A stretch of 50,858 bases of DNA, counting the filler, from Catajapyx aquilonaris (taxonomy: Eukaryota), in the NCBI GenBank assembly GCA_000934665.2. It is 2 parts of 2 records of this genome, joined end to end, with 100 filler letters (N's around TTAATTAATTAA, not from the genome) between each part and the next. Parts side by side here need not be neighbours in the genome. Positions count along the whole stretch, not along the records: positions 1 to 25,358 come from JYFJ02005376.1; 1 more part is not named here. One strand, written 5' to 3'. Position 1 is the stretch's first letter, and every line of letters starts with the position of its first letter. The notes beneath the pieces are model-generated. The model made no database searches, was not told the DNA's origin, and saw nothing but the letters and a program-made list of their open reading frames with translations. Shown piece by piece: positions 13,265 to 24,676 of the stretch. Position numbers and translations under genes: made by a program.

Positions 13265-15264
13265 ATGGCATTGTGCTACATGCAGACATCGCTGGAGGAG
13301 CACAGCCTCAATCGAGTCACCTGGACGGTACTGGACTACTGCCAGAAGCTTTACAAGAAAAAGACCCAGCTGTTGGAATTTCTGGACAGCAAGCCATGCC
13401 AAACCTTCTTCAGGCTTTCGGCACTTCGATGGCACAAGTTTAAGGCCAACGTCTCCAGCATAGGTGCGATTAAGCAAAGTATGTCAACAGCTTTAAGCGA
13501 GTCTTATGGTAACATTAACTCTCACAGCTGTTCATGAAGGACCACTGCCACTGCAGCTAATTGCCACCTTCCAGATCCACGACGTCTTGTTACAAGAAGG
13601 GCTCGCGGGGATCAAGTCACTAGCGGAAATGACCTTGTTCTTAAGATATACGCCAGACTATGGCGACAAGTACTTGGAAGTATTTTTCACATCCATTGCA
13701 GATGAACGGATTACGTCACGAATCTGCTCACTTGACGAGGGTGACACTTCTCACATGTGAAATTTTGGGGCAATTAAATGAGAATATTGTTTTCATAGGC
13801 ATGGCTCGCAAGCCACCATCGCTGGAGTCGTCCTGCCTGAAGCTCTCTGCATCCATGATGCTGGCCGGAAACAGGAGGCTGCAGAGAATGCGGTCTGAGG
13901 CTCAGCAGTACGTCCAGAGTATTCCACCGCACTTTGCCAATGGCTACATGCAGACGCTGCTAGGGAATCTCGCGATCCGCTCACTACAACCAGGAGTGAG
14001 CCTCTCGGAAGCCATTCATCCAAGGTGCACTCAAATCAGGAAATTCAGCCTGACTAATGTGAACGTCGCCAGAGCAGTCATTGACAATTTTCACCTTATG
14101 CCAAACATTCAACTGATGGACTTCCCAGCCGACACTGAAAACTCGGATCTGGCCAAAAAGGTACTGAAAAACCTGCCGAAGCTCAAGAAACTGCAGGTTT
14201 TAAGGCTCAGTTCATCGTGCATCACTGACGAAGAAGAAATGGCAGTTAAGCTGATCCGACACTGCCCAGACTTGCAGGAGTTGTCGTTTAAGTGGTCCAT
14301 GTCACGGAATCAGCAAGCAACACTGGCAAGCTGCACCAATTTGAAGCACGTTTCAATAACGTATGTCGGTGAAGACGCTGCGGATCTTGCACACATATTG
14401 GACACCATCCCACAGCTACACACGCTGACCTTCCCGCCGCAACTGTTTGGCCCAGTCATAGAGCAATGCTCCAAAACGTACCACCTGAGGAAGTGCGGCC
14501 CACAGCTGATCCATGCAGGACTGTTGCCAAGCCTCGTGACTCACTTTCCACACCTGCAGGTCTTATCCGTGAGGACAACAAGCGATTCACTCCAGCCTCT
14601 GAATCACTTGCAGCACCTGCACGACCTCACAATTCAGAAGGCGCCAGCAGAAAGCATTCATGTGCTAGCATCGCAGTGTCTGGCTCGCCTCACCTCATTG
14701 TGCCTGCAGCAAGTCACCGGGATGGATTCGTTACTGAGCCTAGGAGTGGAGCTTCCAAACATGACAGCATTTTACCTAAATTCATGCACCGGAGTTGACT
14801 TGTTCCTAATCGGAAAAATGATGCCGAACCTACGAAAGCTGACATTGTTCTGCTCCGAGTTGGTGCCGCACCAGCCGACACCAACAACCGATAGCCAATA
14901 CCATCACCTGGCGTTCCTACTTGTCCAGGACAACGCCGACTCCCTCCACCCGATACACTTCCATCAGCTGCTTTCCGGCAGCAGCACACTTGCGGCTCTA
15001 GAGATCAACCAAGGAGCGGCGCTGGACAACTTGGCAGTGGACAAGCTGATGCAATGCCAAGCGGTGCGGAACGTCTGCGTCCTGTCCCTCCACAGCTCCG
15101 CCATGACGCTGGAGGTCATTCCCATCATAACCAAGAGAAGCGGGAAGCACCTCACTGTCGTCTTCTTGTATTTCGACAACATGCCGCAACCGCCAGACCT
15201 GGACTCCCTGCTTCACAAGCACTCGTCCTCCGGAATATTGTTCCGCACTCGGTTCAGCAACTGA
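13265..15264 (+). CDS. Leucine-rich-repeat (RNI/FBXL-like) protein with N-terminal extension; true start uncertain
   Basis: Large exon 13799-15264 has degenerate LRRs (LPKLKKLQVLRLSS, CPDLQELSF, FPHLQVLSV, MPNLRKLTLF). Upstream open exons 13194-13463 and 13528-13740 join it in frame through phase-1 GT-AG introns of 64 and 58 nt. The first in-frame ATG inside exon 13194-13463 is at 13265 (~625 aa); an alternative start lies at 13801. Confidence 0.75.
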
Positions 15265-15475
15265 TTGCAACCAATTTACAATTGTAATTTGCTACAAATA
15301 TACATGACGCTTCTGATCAATACGGTATTATTCGTCGTAACCCAAATGTACTGGTGGTACGCAATTGTTGTTCTGATTTCCTCTCGGCTTGTCATTACTT
15401 ATTAAAATGTACTACTTGCAGGTTCAGTGACACTGCAGTTTGGTTAGTACCTCTTGTTTTATGCACCCGTTTTAC

Positions 15476-15606
15476 CTTCAGATCAACTGGCTCGGACTGG
15501 TGCTCTGGAAACGCTGTGCAGACGACGACCTGTTTTGCACGACCCGAAAAATGCGAAACCGGCAAAAATGTCGAATCACCAAGAATGGAACGCGGCGGCC
15601 ATCTTG
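15476..15606 (-). promoter_or_regulatory. Putative PSMA5 promoter and non-coding first exon
   Basis: YY1/Pho consensus CAAGATGGCCGCC on the minus strand (15594-15606) in CpG-rich DNA, followed by a donor AAG|gtaaaa at 15476/15475. The PSMA5 ATG has an acceptor (tcttttccacag) 2 nt upstream that needs a partner donor. Confidence 0.5.
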
Positions 15607-16524
15607 GATTTGCTTTTGCAAAAAAAAATAAAAGTGCCGGAGATTCGACTTGTCACGCCAACTGAATTTCGCCATGAACGCGACATTTAAACACTAAATT
15701 GGCGATCATTTTGCGATTTAAGTTTTAAAATATAAAGCCGGGATTTAAATTGACCGATAAATTGCCATTGTGGCTGTCCCACTACCTGTGTGCTCCGTTG
15801 TGGCCGTGTGGCCTACTACCCGTTCATTAATTGGCGGTCAATTTGAACCCAAATGTGAAGAGTTGGAATTATTCCAAAGTGAGAGTTCCATACGTGTTCT
15901 ACAGGCACAGGAACCACGCGGCAGAGTCCATCAGGATCGTTGTTGCAACTAGAGAGATCGCCCAAGGAGAAGAAATCCGCTCCTCCTACTACTACACGGT
16001 GGTGCACTAACGCTGCCCTCGCCGAAGATACTTAGTCAGATATTAACGGGGTTATTCCAGACCATGTAGGTCCTTAAACCCCGGGCCCCACATAGGGCCT
16101 ATATCCGAAGCCGAAGATACTGGCCCTCGCAAGAGACAGTTTGTGAAAAGCACACTAGTCAATAAATGCTCTATGATGAGGTTGGAACAACCACTCTTGT
16201 GACCTTCCAGTCCAACAGCCAGGCACACATATTCCTTAATAATTACATTTCACGACAGTGAAAATCACACCTTCACCCAACAGTCACGGAAAAAGTCTCG
16301 CCATATTCAGTAACAAAATGTACCGCTGTACACAAAATAGTAAGTTGCGCAATTCAGAGTAAATCCTGAACAAGGAGTTGTTATCCATGTCCACCAACCA
16401 AAAGGATCAACAACTTGTCGCAGATTTACTATCAATCGGACAACCAACCTTAAAAACCTTAAACATTAATGAACGTAAAAACCTAAAGTTGCATGACTTC
16501 AACGAGGTTGCTTCAAAAAACCTG

Positions 16525-17840
16525 TCACAATCCTTTCTTGGCAAAGATGTAATCGTTGGCCAGCCAGCCAGAGTGGGTCACTTCACTGTGGACGTAATAC
16601 CCTTTGTCCTCCATGAACTTGCGCATCACCAGCTTCCCTTCCTTTCCATGAATGAACTCGACTGAAAGGGTCTGGAGGGGGGAAAACCGATCTCATTAGT
16701 CCATAAAAACCATGCAACTTGTAGCTTACTTTGATGTCTAGCTTGTCAAACGGAATGGTTCTGAGCACGTCCAGTTCATCCCCCTCGACATCGAGGCTGA
16801 AGTAGTCTATCCTGGTTCTATTCAGCGCCAGCATGAATGAGTAGAGAGGGAAGCAATGCACGTCCACGTAACCGTTCCCCACATGGCCTGCGTCAAAGTC
16901 TGAGATGCGACCCTGGTTTGCCAGCTGCCTGAACGACACCTGAAATGAATGGAAACATCCTGTACTGGTATGCCCATACAGTTACCAGAATTACGCAGTG
17001 AAACCTGTTCGTAACAGACCCTCCAGGAACTTTGGCTCCAGGGCGCTGTAAACAAGTTTCACTGTGCGCTGATTGATGGTACCCACCACTGTTGGATAGT
17101 TCCGGATCCCGAGGCATGAGCCGGAGATCCAGGCCTTCCTCTGCTTCATGATGACCTGTGCAAAGTTAACTGGGTCGGCTTCCAGCAGCAGTCCTTCCCA
17201 TCCCAGCTCCTTCTCGAAGAACAGGCTGTTTGATCTGATCTCTCCATCCAGTGCGCCACACTCGACAAAGAAACCGTTTCTCTGAGGTGCGACACAATCA
17301 ATTATTTCAACTGCTATTCCTATCGTGGCCGATGATGCTTTTAAATGTACTTGCCACGGGTCCTAGAATTTCCCTGATCTTCTCCCCTTGACCCATTGAT
17401 GGGTCGGTGACCAGTGGACGTTTCAGGTTGTAGGGAAGGGTCGACGGTGGGATGAGGTACTTTGACCTTATCTTGGCAATGACCCTTGGGTCAGATGGGT
17501 TCACATCAGGTCCATCCAGCTCATCACTTTTTCCGTCAGGTGAGGTCTGGCCAAATTCTTTCCGCTGCGTAGAAGTGTCTGTGGTGACCTCGATAGTGAC
17601 AGCCTCGGTGGTGACGACCTTGGTGGTGACCTAAGAGAAATGAAACACTGTCAAGATGATGCGCCAAAAACATGCAACCGCAATAACTACATTTTGCTTC
17701 AGTGCCTCTCGTTGTCCCTGGTTTATAATCACGTTACTGGCGGGTGATGCCCTGAGCAAGAGCTCATTGTTGTATAGGATGACGAGGATGACAATCATGC
17801 CAACTAAGGAGATCAATATTTCTGCCCTGTACTTCAGCAT
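16525..17840 (-). CDS. Star-like type II membrane protein with FkbM/Methyltransf_21 domain, paralogue A (~325 aa, 5 exons)
   Basis: Exons 17840-17691 (TM anchor ILISLVGMIVILVILY), 17630-17355, 17281-17087 (RNGFFVECGALDGEIRSNSLFFEKELGWEGLLLEADP), 16939-16730 (CFPLYSFMLALNRTRIDYFSLDVEGDELDVLRTIPF) and 16671-16525; 978 nt in frame. Confidence 0.88.
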
Positions 17841-18293
17841 CTTCACGACAGCGACCCAAGTTCACTGCACATGCGACCGCTAACGTCCTCCACTTGCAGG
17901 ACAGCACCGCTCACATGCCAGGCCCAGCACCACCAGAAAGCTCAGGCCGCTTGACACATTCCAAACCCTTATCCCTCTCAGGACATGCCCCCAAGCGGTC
18001 TCAACCATTATCACACGCAAAGCACTCATTGTTTTAGAACAGTGATACCACAGCTTTATTCTGTCAATTGAGGTATAAATAGTCTGATCTGAGTTTTATT
18101 ATCGAGTGTTGACAACACTCGAAAGGTTGCCAGGTGAGTATACCATCAACATTATTTTGTATGATACGGAACAGGTTGTCCGGCTACTGCTGCCAACAAT
18201 GAATATTGTTACCCTGGGTTTACTATCGATCGTGCACCAAGGACATGGTGGCACCCATTTTCAAATGTCATCAGTTTTCATTTTGTTAATTTG

Positions 18294-19148
18294 TTAGGAC
18301 TGGAGAATCGCACGACATATTTGCAGCCATACGTTTGCTTCACAAGAGCCCTCCCCTATGCTTACCAGTTCTCTGCGAGGTTCAAATGGATTGGAATCTG
18401 GCGTCGGCTTCTCTGGGTGGCTTCCTCTTCCGACACCATGAACAATAGTCTTCCGTTCTCCCAGGTAAGGCTCAGTTACTATCTCTGCGTTGTCTTTGGG
18501 GGTTGTTTCAGTTGCTGACAGGACGGAAGTGTCATTCATAGTGGATTGAACCTCCATGCGTTTGCTTTGGGTCACGAGGTCAGCCAAAAGAGGATCACTC
18601 GTAGTCGACTCTTGGGTGGGATTATCCGTGTAGTTCTCCTGGCTTAGCTCGTCCTCCACACTTGGGCGCAACTGAGTTTCCTCCGTTGCGTCCACCGGAA
18701 CGTACTCGTAGGAATATTCAGGCCGGAAATCAGGAAGGTTTTCAAAATCCCAATCACGACGACGGGTGTGCTTCCTGACCTTCACCATCATCTGGCTCTT
18801 TGCAAACCGAAGTTTCTTCTCCAGCGAGGTGTCTTGAAATGGAATGGTGGAATGTTCCACTGGTTCTTCCATATCTTCTGGCCGATGCGAATCCGCATTG
18901 GTTATACGCAGTGGTTGCAATATCTGGGAAGAAAATGAACGGCAGTCAGTACCGGTGCTTTACGCTGGGGCACATTCTTACCTCTGTAGAGAGCACATGT
19001 TCTTGCTGCCTGTAAAATAATATATGGGTCAGTTTATTCCTGTTCAATCAGCAACAATAATTCTGTACTAAACTTACGGTGTGCGGTTACATGCTTGAGA
19101 AACTTGTGTCGCTAGAAAGAGAAAAGAAAGCAGTGGAACCACTTCCAT
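18294..19148 (-). CDS. Orphan secreted acidic protein (~242 aa, 3 exons)
   Basis: Exon 19148-19078 encodes a signal peptide (MEVVPLLSFLFLATQVSQAC) and ends at CC|gtaagt. A 28-nt exon 19009-18982 and exon 18923-18294 follow in frame. TCAGT initiator-like motifs lie just upstream and AATAAA downstream (18055-18060). No family recognised. Confidence 0.75.
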
Positions 19149-19683
19149 CTTGGACAAACTGAACAGCGGAAATGGATGAGCGACACTGACGAGGGAATGC
19201 CGTCCGACACAAGTATTTGTCTTATCAGCATTGTTTACCAGTCGAATTCTCTTTCCATGTTTTTCCCCCCCAAGTCACATTGCATAACTTTTGATCATCA
19301 GCTGCCTCCGAGCTCTCCAAATATGCAAAAACAAGACATCTACTATACGGCATGATTGTCATAGCTTGGTTGGTATGCATGCAAAACATACCTGTTTTGT
19401 TCGCCTTATTACGTTATCATTGCGAAATGTCAAGTAAGAGAGAGGTTAGTCCAAAATTCGTTTTTTATTCAGTACGGCTTGCATATTGATCATTGGTTGT
19501 TCTAAGCAGTCATGGTGATGTTGCAAACACAAACCGCTGCCAATCACAGCAACAGAATAAACACAATGCTGTACAAAATAAAGTGGGCTTGAGTACAAAA
19601 AGGGTAATAAATAGGCTTGCATATTCAAAAGTGTTAGAGAGAGAAAGAGAGAGAGAGAGTAGAGATTGTTGCATGTGGCATTG

Positions 19684-20842
19684 TCAGTGAAACGGCAGGT
19701 CTTTTCTGACAAAAATGAAGTCGTTGGCCAGCCAGTCGGGGTGAGTCACTTCGCTGTGGACGTAGTATCCTTTGTCGTCCATGAACTTCCTCATCACCTC
19801 CTTGCCCTCCTTGCCATGAATGAATTCAACCGAGAGAGTCTGGGGAATAAAATAACGTACATCACAATCTAGAAAACCATTTGCGGAGAGGTTGGCATTC
19901 GCTTCACTGTCCAAATGTTAGCAAACGAAGCATGTATGTTCCGAGTTACTCACCGAAATGTGTAGTTTGTCAAACGGAATGGTTTTGAGCACTTCAAGTT
20001 CCAGCCCCTCGACATCGAGGCTGAAGTAGTCTATCCTAGAGCGGTTCATGGCCAGCATGAATGAGTAGAGAGGGAAACATTGGATGTCCACAAATCCCTT
20101 TTGCATGTAGCCAACGCCGTAGCTGGAAATGCGGCCCTCGTTCGCTTTCTGCTCAAACGACACCTGAAATTACGCAAAACAATGAGAGCGTGTAAGCAAC
20201 GCAAACGACCGTGTACGTGCCATAGTGGGATAGTTTTTGACGCTGAGGCAAGCAGGCGAGATCCATGCTTTCCTCTGCTTCCAGATGACCTGCGCAAAGT
20301 TGGACGGGTCGGCTTCCAGCAGCAGTCCTTCCCAACCCAGCTCCTTCTCGAAGTACAGGGTGTTCGACCTCGTCTCGCCATCCAGCGCGCCACATTCGAC
20401 GAAGAACCCGTTCCTCTGCGGAATAAAAGGCGTCACTTTCCAACTGGCCCTTTAAATGCCCGCCGGTGACTTTTACCATGTTGGGTCCGAGGATGGTCCG
20501 GATCTTCTGCGCCTGACCCATTGAAGGGTCGCTGACCTCCGCGTGACTTAGGTTGTACGGAAGGACTGACGGCGAGATGAGGTACCTTGACTTGAGCTTC
20601 GAGATGACCTTTGCGTCAGACGGGTTGACATCGGGTCCGTTCAGCTCCCCAAACTCCCTCTTCCACTGGTAGCTGGAGAAGAACCGCCGTGTGAGCGCGG
20701 AGGCAGGGCTGCGCAGGAAGGACCCGCTGGGGTCGTACGTGGCTCCGGACATGATCTGGTTGCTGTAGAAGACAATCAGGACCATGGCCACCCCTCCCAG
20801 GAGCAGGAGGAGGGTCTTCGTTCGGGTGCTCATCAGAATCAT
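19684..20842 (-). CDS. Star-like type II membrane protein with FkbM/Methyltransf_21 domain, paralogue B (~308 aa, 4 coding exons)
   Basis: Exons 20842-20477 (TM LLLLLGGVAMVLIVFY), 20415-20221 (RNGFFVECGALDGETRSNTLYFEKELGWEGLLLEADP), 20163-19954 (IDYFSLDVEGLELEVLKTIPF) and 19839-19684. The 195- and 210-nt exons match paralogue A in length. Confidence 0.9.
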
Positions 20843-21334
20843 CGCGGCGGGTGGTCAACAATGCCTGGGAAATGGTACAGGGTGTTCAACAATGCCTGGG
20901 AATAATGGTACAGGATGAAACACAACGTCTTGCGCTACCTGCTGCCTGCCCCGGGGTCAACCAACTAACCTGCCTGGTGTCTGCCCAGGTTCCATGCCCC
21001 CTGGTGCCGCCCCTGGTGCCTTCCGCCCCCTGCTGGTGGCCGACCTGGCCCACAAATTAATTAGAAAGGGAGATAATTATGAGGGGGGGAAAAAAAGGTG
21101 TCAAGTTAATCTTCCGGAAGGTGCTGCCGTCTTCCGGGCGGAGTGCAAACCAGAGGGTTACATCTTCAGACGACAGATGGCATGATGTCACCTCTTCCGG
21201 AAGGTGCTGCCGTCTGCTGGGGGAGCTGCAAACCATCAGGTCAGTACCGTATCGGCCATTACGGTTGGGGTCATTTTAAAGACAATGGGATTAATTGGAA
21301 CTGATTTTTATGTAGATAAACATGTAACAATGTC

Positions 21335-23070
21335 TCATGAGGTGAGGTTGCGTTGATGCTGCTGTTGTCGCCTGTACTCGGCTCTCAGCTCGGTCAGGTT
21401 GGCCTCCAGGAGCATCACCTCGTCCGTCTTCCCAGCCTCCCTGCGGATGGACAGAGCCGTTAAGTCTGCGGATCGGACATGCGTTGGCGTGTCTCACCTG
21501 GCCTGCTGCAGGTAGCTCTTGATGATGCGGATCTGCTGCAGCATGGGGTCCTCTTCCTGTCCCGCGCCCAGGACGGCCGCCTGGGGGCTCCATCCGCCAC
21601 CCTCAGATGGCGGCTTTGGTGCAGCAGTGGCCACCTTGCGCTTTGGGGACTCCCGCTTCACTCTCTCGTACTGCTGCTGAGCCACACGGCTCTCCTCCGC
21701 AAGCCTCTGGTGGGCCTCCATCCTGCGTCTCTCTTGAATGGTGCGGAGGTCTTCCTCCGTTGGCAGTGGAGGCAGCCCGAGGAAGTTGTGCGTCAGGAAT
21801 TGTGCCGCGGCTGACCTGATCTTCTCCCTGAGTATCCCCTCCCTTGTGCCTGGTATGACCCCGGCCCCTGCCTCAACCACCATCTTGCTGATGCGGTCAA
21901 TCCTGTCTGCGGAGGCCTGGAGCTTGCCAAAGAGCTCCTTGGCCTGGTCCAGCCTGCAGTTGGTCCTCCCTTCCCTCAGACCGACAGCCAGACCCCTGTA
22001 GGCACCCAGCAGCCTCTCCGCCTCTTCCCGCTCGCACATCAGCCGGCTGTATAGCTGCACCAAGGGAGAAGCCCCACCCTTGCCACGCGTTTCCACCGAG
22101 CGCAACCTCCCATCCAGGGACATGTGGCAGTGTGGACAGATGCGAATGCGCCAGTCAGATTCATCCCCGTACGAACCCAGGGACGATGAAGAGCCGCGTC
22201 TTAGAAGCGACGAGTCCACCTCCGGCTTCATCGTGCCAGTTAGCTTTTCTGTCAATTAAAATAGCTGTGCTCACTACTCATGTGTTGCACAAGATAGTGG
22301 GGAACCGTACTTGCGTAGTGCTGGGTGGCAAAGCAGGAGCAGTCGTCGCACATGATGCCACCACAGAGTCGGCAGTGGTGTTTTCTCCGAGCCACATGAA
22401 ATCCTCTTGCACAGTGCGGACAGAGGTTGACATGCTCATCCTCTATCCAAGGGACCAGACCCTTCTCGTGAGCTGTTTGGCAAGAAAAACAGTCAGGTCA
22501 AGAGTAAAGCGATTGGAAACACGGGTCGTTTATTCACCCTTCCGCTTGACAGGGTCCGACGGGGCTTCCAACAGCAGGCGATGCATGCGGATGATGAGTT
22601 TGTTAGTCTCGGTGGCGTAACGCTGCATGCGGGCATTACGAGTGCGCTTGAAGTAATCCGTGTGGCGCCTGGTGACACCTTTGGCAAGGTCAAAAGAATA
22701 AAGCTGGTGCGATGAACATTGATTGCAGTATACGCACCTGGTTCTTGCGGCTCCTCCTCCCCTTCCACCTGCACGAATCCGGCGTGGGGTGCCACGGCTG
22801 CTCCGACCACTCCGCTCTCCTCCTCCTGCTTCAGGATCTTCCTCTTGGCCTTACCGATGAAGCCTGTGGGAAAAGCACCAACATAAGTCATTTGGAGTCC
22901 TTTATAAACGAGAGACAGGCCGTACCCTTGATGGAGTGCAGCACGTCCTGGTCTGCGTTCGAGTGGGTGGTCTCAAAGTGCTGCTGCAGCTGGGAGATGG
23001 TTCCCAGGTCCTGCAGGCACATGGGGCACAGGAAGCCCTCCAGGACTCCTCCAGACTCCGTCCCGGACAT
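21335..23070 (-). CDS. Rbsn-5: Rabenosyn-5, FYVE-domain Rab5 effector (~476 aa, 6 exons)
   Basis: Exons 23070-22926 (C2H2 finger EGFLCPMCLQDLGTISQLQQHFETTH), 22863-22738, 22678-22538 (ETNKLIIRMHRLL), 22472-22311 (FYVE WIEDEHVNLCPHC...RRKHHCRLCGGIMCDDCS), 22248-21498 and 21440-21335 (Rab-binding DPMLQQIRIIKSYLQQAREAGKTDEVMLLEANLTEL); 1431 nt in frame. Confidence 0.93.
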
Positions 23071-23169
23071 CTCGGGGCTCTATAATTGATCGGGACAGCA
23101 GCTGTCGCATCAAGAAGAGTTTCAAGAGATGATGATCCGCCCATCAGACGGGCGCGGACATCTTGGAGG

Positions 23170-23240
23170 AGTGACGTCATGAACGTGAGGCAGGGTTGCC
23201 AGATCCGGCTACCCGGAAATGAACAGGGTTGCCAGATCCA
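23170..23240. promoter_or_regulatory. Putative Rbsn-5 proximal promoter motifs
   Basis: CRE TGACGTCA (~23172-23179), two copies of CAGGGTTGCCAGATCC (~23191 and ~23224) and an ETS-like CCGGAAAT, 100-170 bp upstream of the ATG. Confidence 0.4.
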
Positions 23241-23679
23241 GCCCGCGTGATTCAAACACGAGGTCAGGAACAGCAATAATAAGTACAAGTGGGAGTCATA
23301 TTTGCAGGGAGGGGGTCTTTAATTCTTGTTTGGTGATAAAAGGGATAATGATTTAGTGCTAATTTTCGACTCAAGTGGCATCATAGCCCTTTTTTTTGTA
23401 TTTAAAAAATGTGGACTATTTTTCTGTATGTATGACTGTCAAGTACTTGTACCCTCAAAATAGTATCTCATATAATTAATATGGCAAAAGGGAAATCAAA
23501 ATAGAACTGCCAAATTTTACGCAAAATTTGACAAAAGCAAGAAATGTAGACTACTGTATGTATGGAAAATGTGAAAATTAAATGAAACTAATCAAAATTG
23601 ATTAGGCCTACTTTTATTCCATTTCTTTCCTGAACCTGCTGCTGTATCCCCTATCATATTCGCATAATAAATATTGACC

Positions 23680-24121
23680 CAAGGGGGTAGTCACTTCGGA
23701 GAGCAGGTGTACACCCTCACTGGTGAGCCGAGGAGAGCCGCAAGAGAGCCGAGGAGAGCTGAGGAGAGCCGAGGAGAGCCGCAGAGCCAACTACGTCACA
23801 ACCTTGTGTCACACTTGGTGTCACATATGTGCTTGATTCCTGCCTCAATCCGGCCCGTTTATGGAGCTCGGCTGTGGGCGGGGATTTTTCCTACAAAATG
23901 CGCATTTGCTCATCATATGACGTAATTATATGACGTCAATATGACGTAGTTTTTCTTCGGCTCTCTGCGGCTCTCCTCGGCTCTCTGCGGCTCTCTGCGG
24001 CTCTTCTCGGCATCGGTGAGCCCATAAGACCGTGGGTGAGCCTGCCGGTGAGCCGGGGGAGAGCCGCGGAGAGCCGCAAGAGAGCCGGTGTGCACTTTTT
24101 TGAGGAGTGACTACCCCCTTG
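23680..24121. mobile_element. 442-bp MITE with 16-bp TIRs and 8-bp TSD (P or hAT superfamily)
   Basis: Perfect TIR CAAGGGGGTAGTCACT / AGTGACTACCCCCTTG. Identical flanks TATTGACC at 23672-23679 and 24122-24129. Internal arrays of a 10-bp GAGAGCCG(C/A)(A/G) unit in both orientations. Confidence 0.92.
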
Positions 24122-24194
24122 TATTGACCCTCTTGCATCACACAGACGAGGTAGTTGGCACTGATTTGTTGCAATCACAATCACTTTGGAATAA

Positions 24195-24395
24195 TGGGAG
24201 TCGAGCAAGAGGAGGCTCCAGTACACGGACTGGAGCCCTGGAGAACCAGACGGGTTCAGGAAGGGTCTGAACCAGCACTGCGCCCAGATGAAGGAGGCCC
24301 TCATCTACAGGTGGAGCGACGCGGAGTGCTACCAGCCAGCCACCAGCTTCATCTGCGAAAAGAATCTCTCATTACTACAACTATCTGACTGCTAG
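24195..24395 (+). pseudogene. C-type lectin domain C-terminal fragment
   Basis: A frame not in the ORF track reads WESSKRRLQYTDWSPGEPDGFRKGLNQHCAQMKEALIYRWSDAECYQPATSFICEKNLSLLQLSDC*, the CTLD signature W-x-PGEP(D)...C...W(S)D..C...FICE. An in-frame TAA lies immediately upstream and no strong acceptor or upstream exons are visible. Confidence 0.75.
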
Positions 24396-24676
24396 TGGCA
24401 GTTGCGATTATTATAACCAAATAAGTGATTTTTGTACGAGTGAACTGGACACAAACGTGTTAGGGGTCAATAAAAGCAAGGGCAAGAACTCGTGAAAACC
24501 ACCACCTTTTCCCCCCGTACAACTCCTTTTTCTCCATCAATATCCAGTAGTCATTCTTGCTCAAGACAGAGATGGGCACATATACTCTAAAAATGTATAT
24601 TATACAGTATACAATATACATATACACGGCAAAACGTGCATATTATATACAATATACAATATACTTTCAGAATTTC

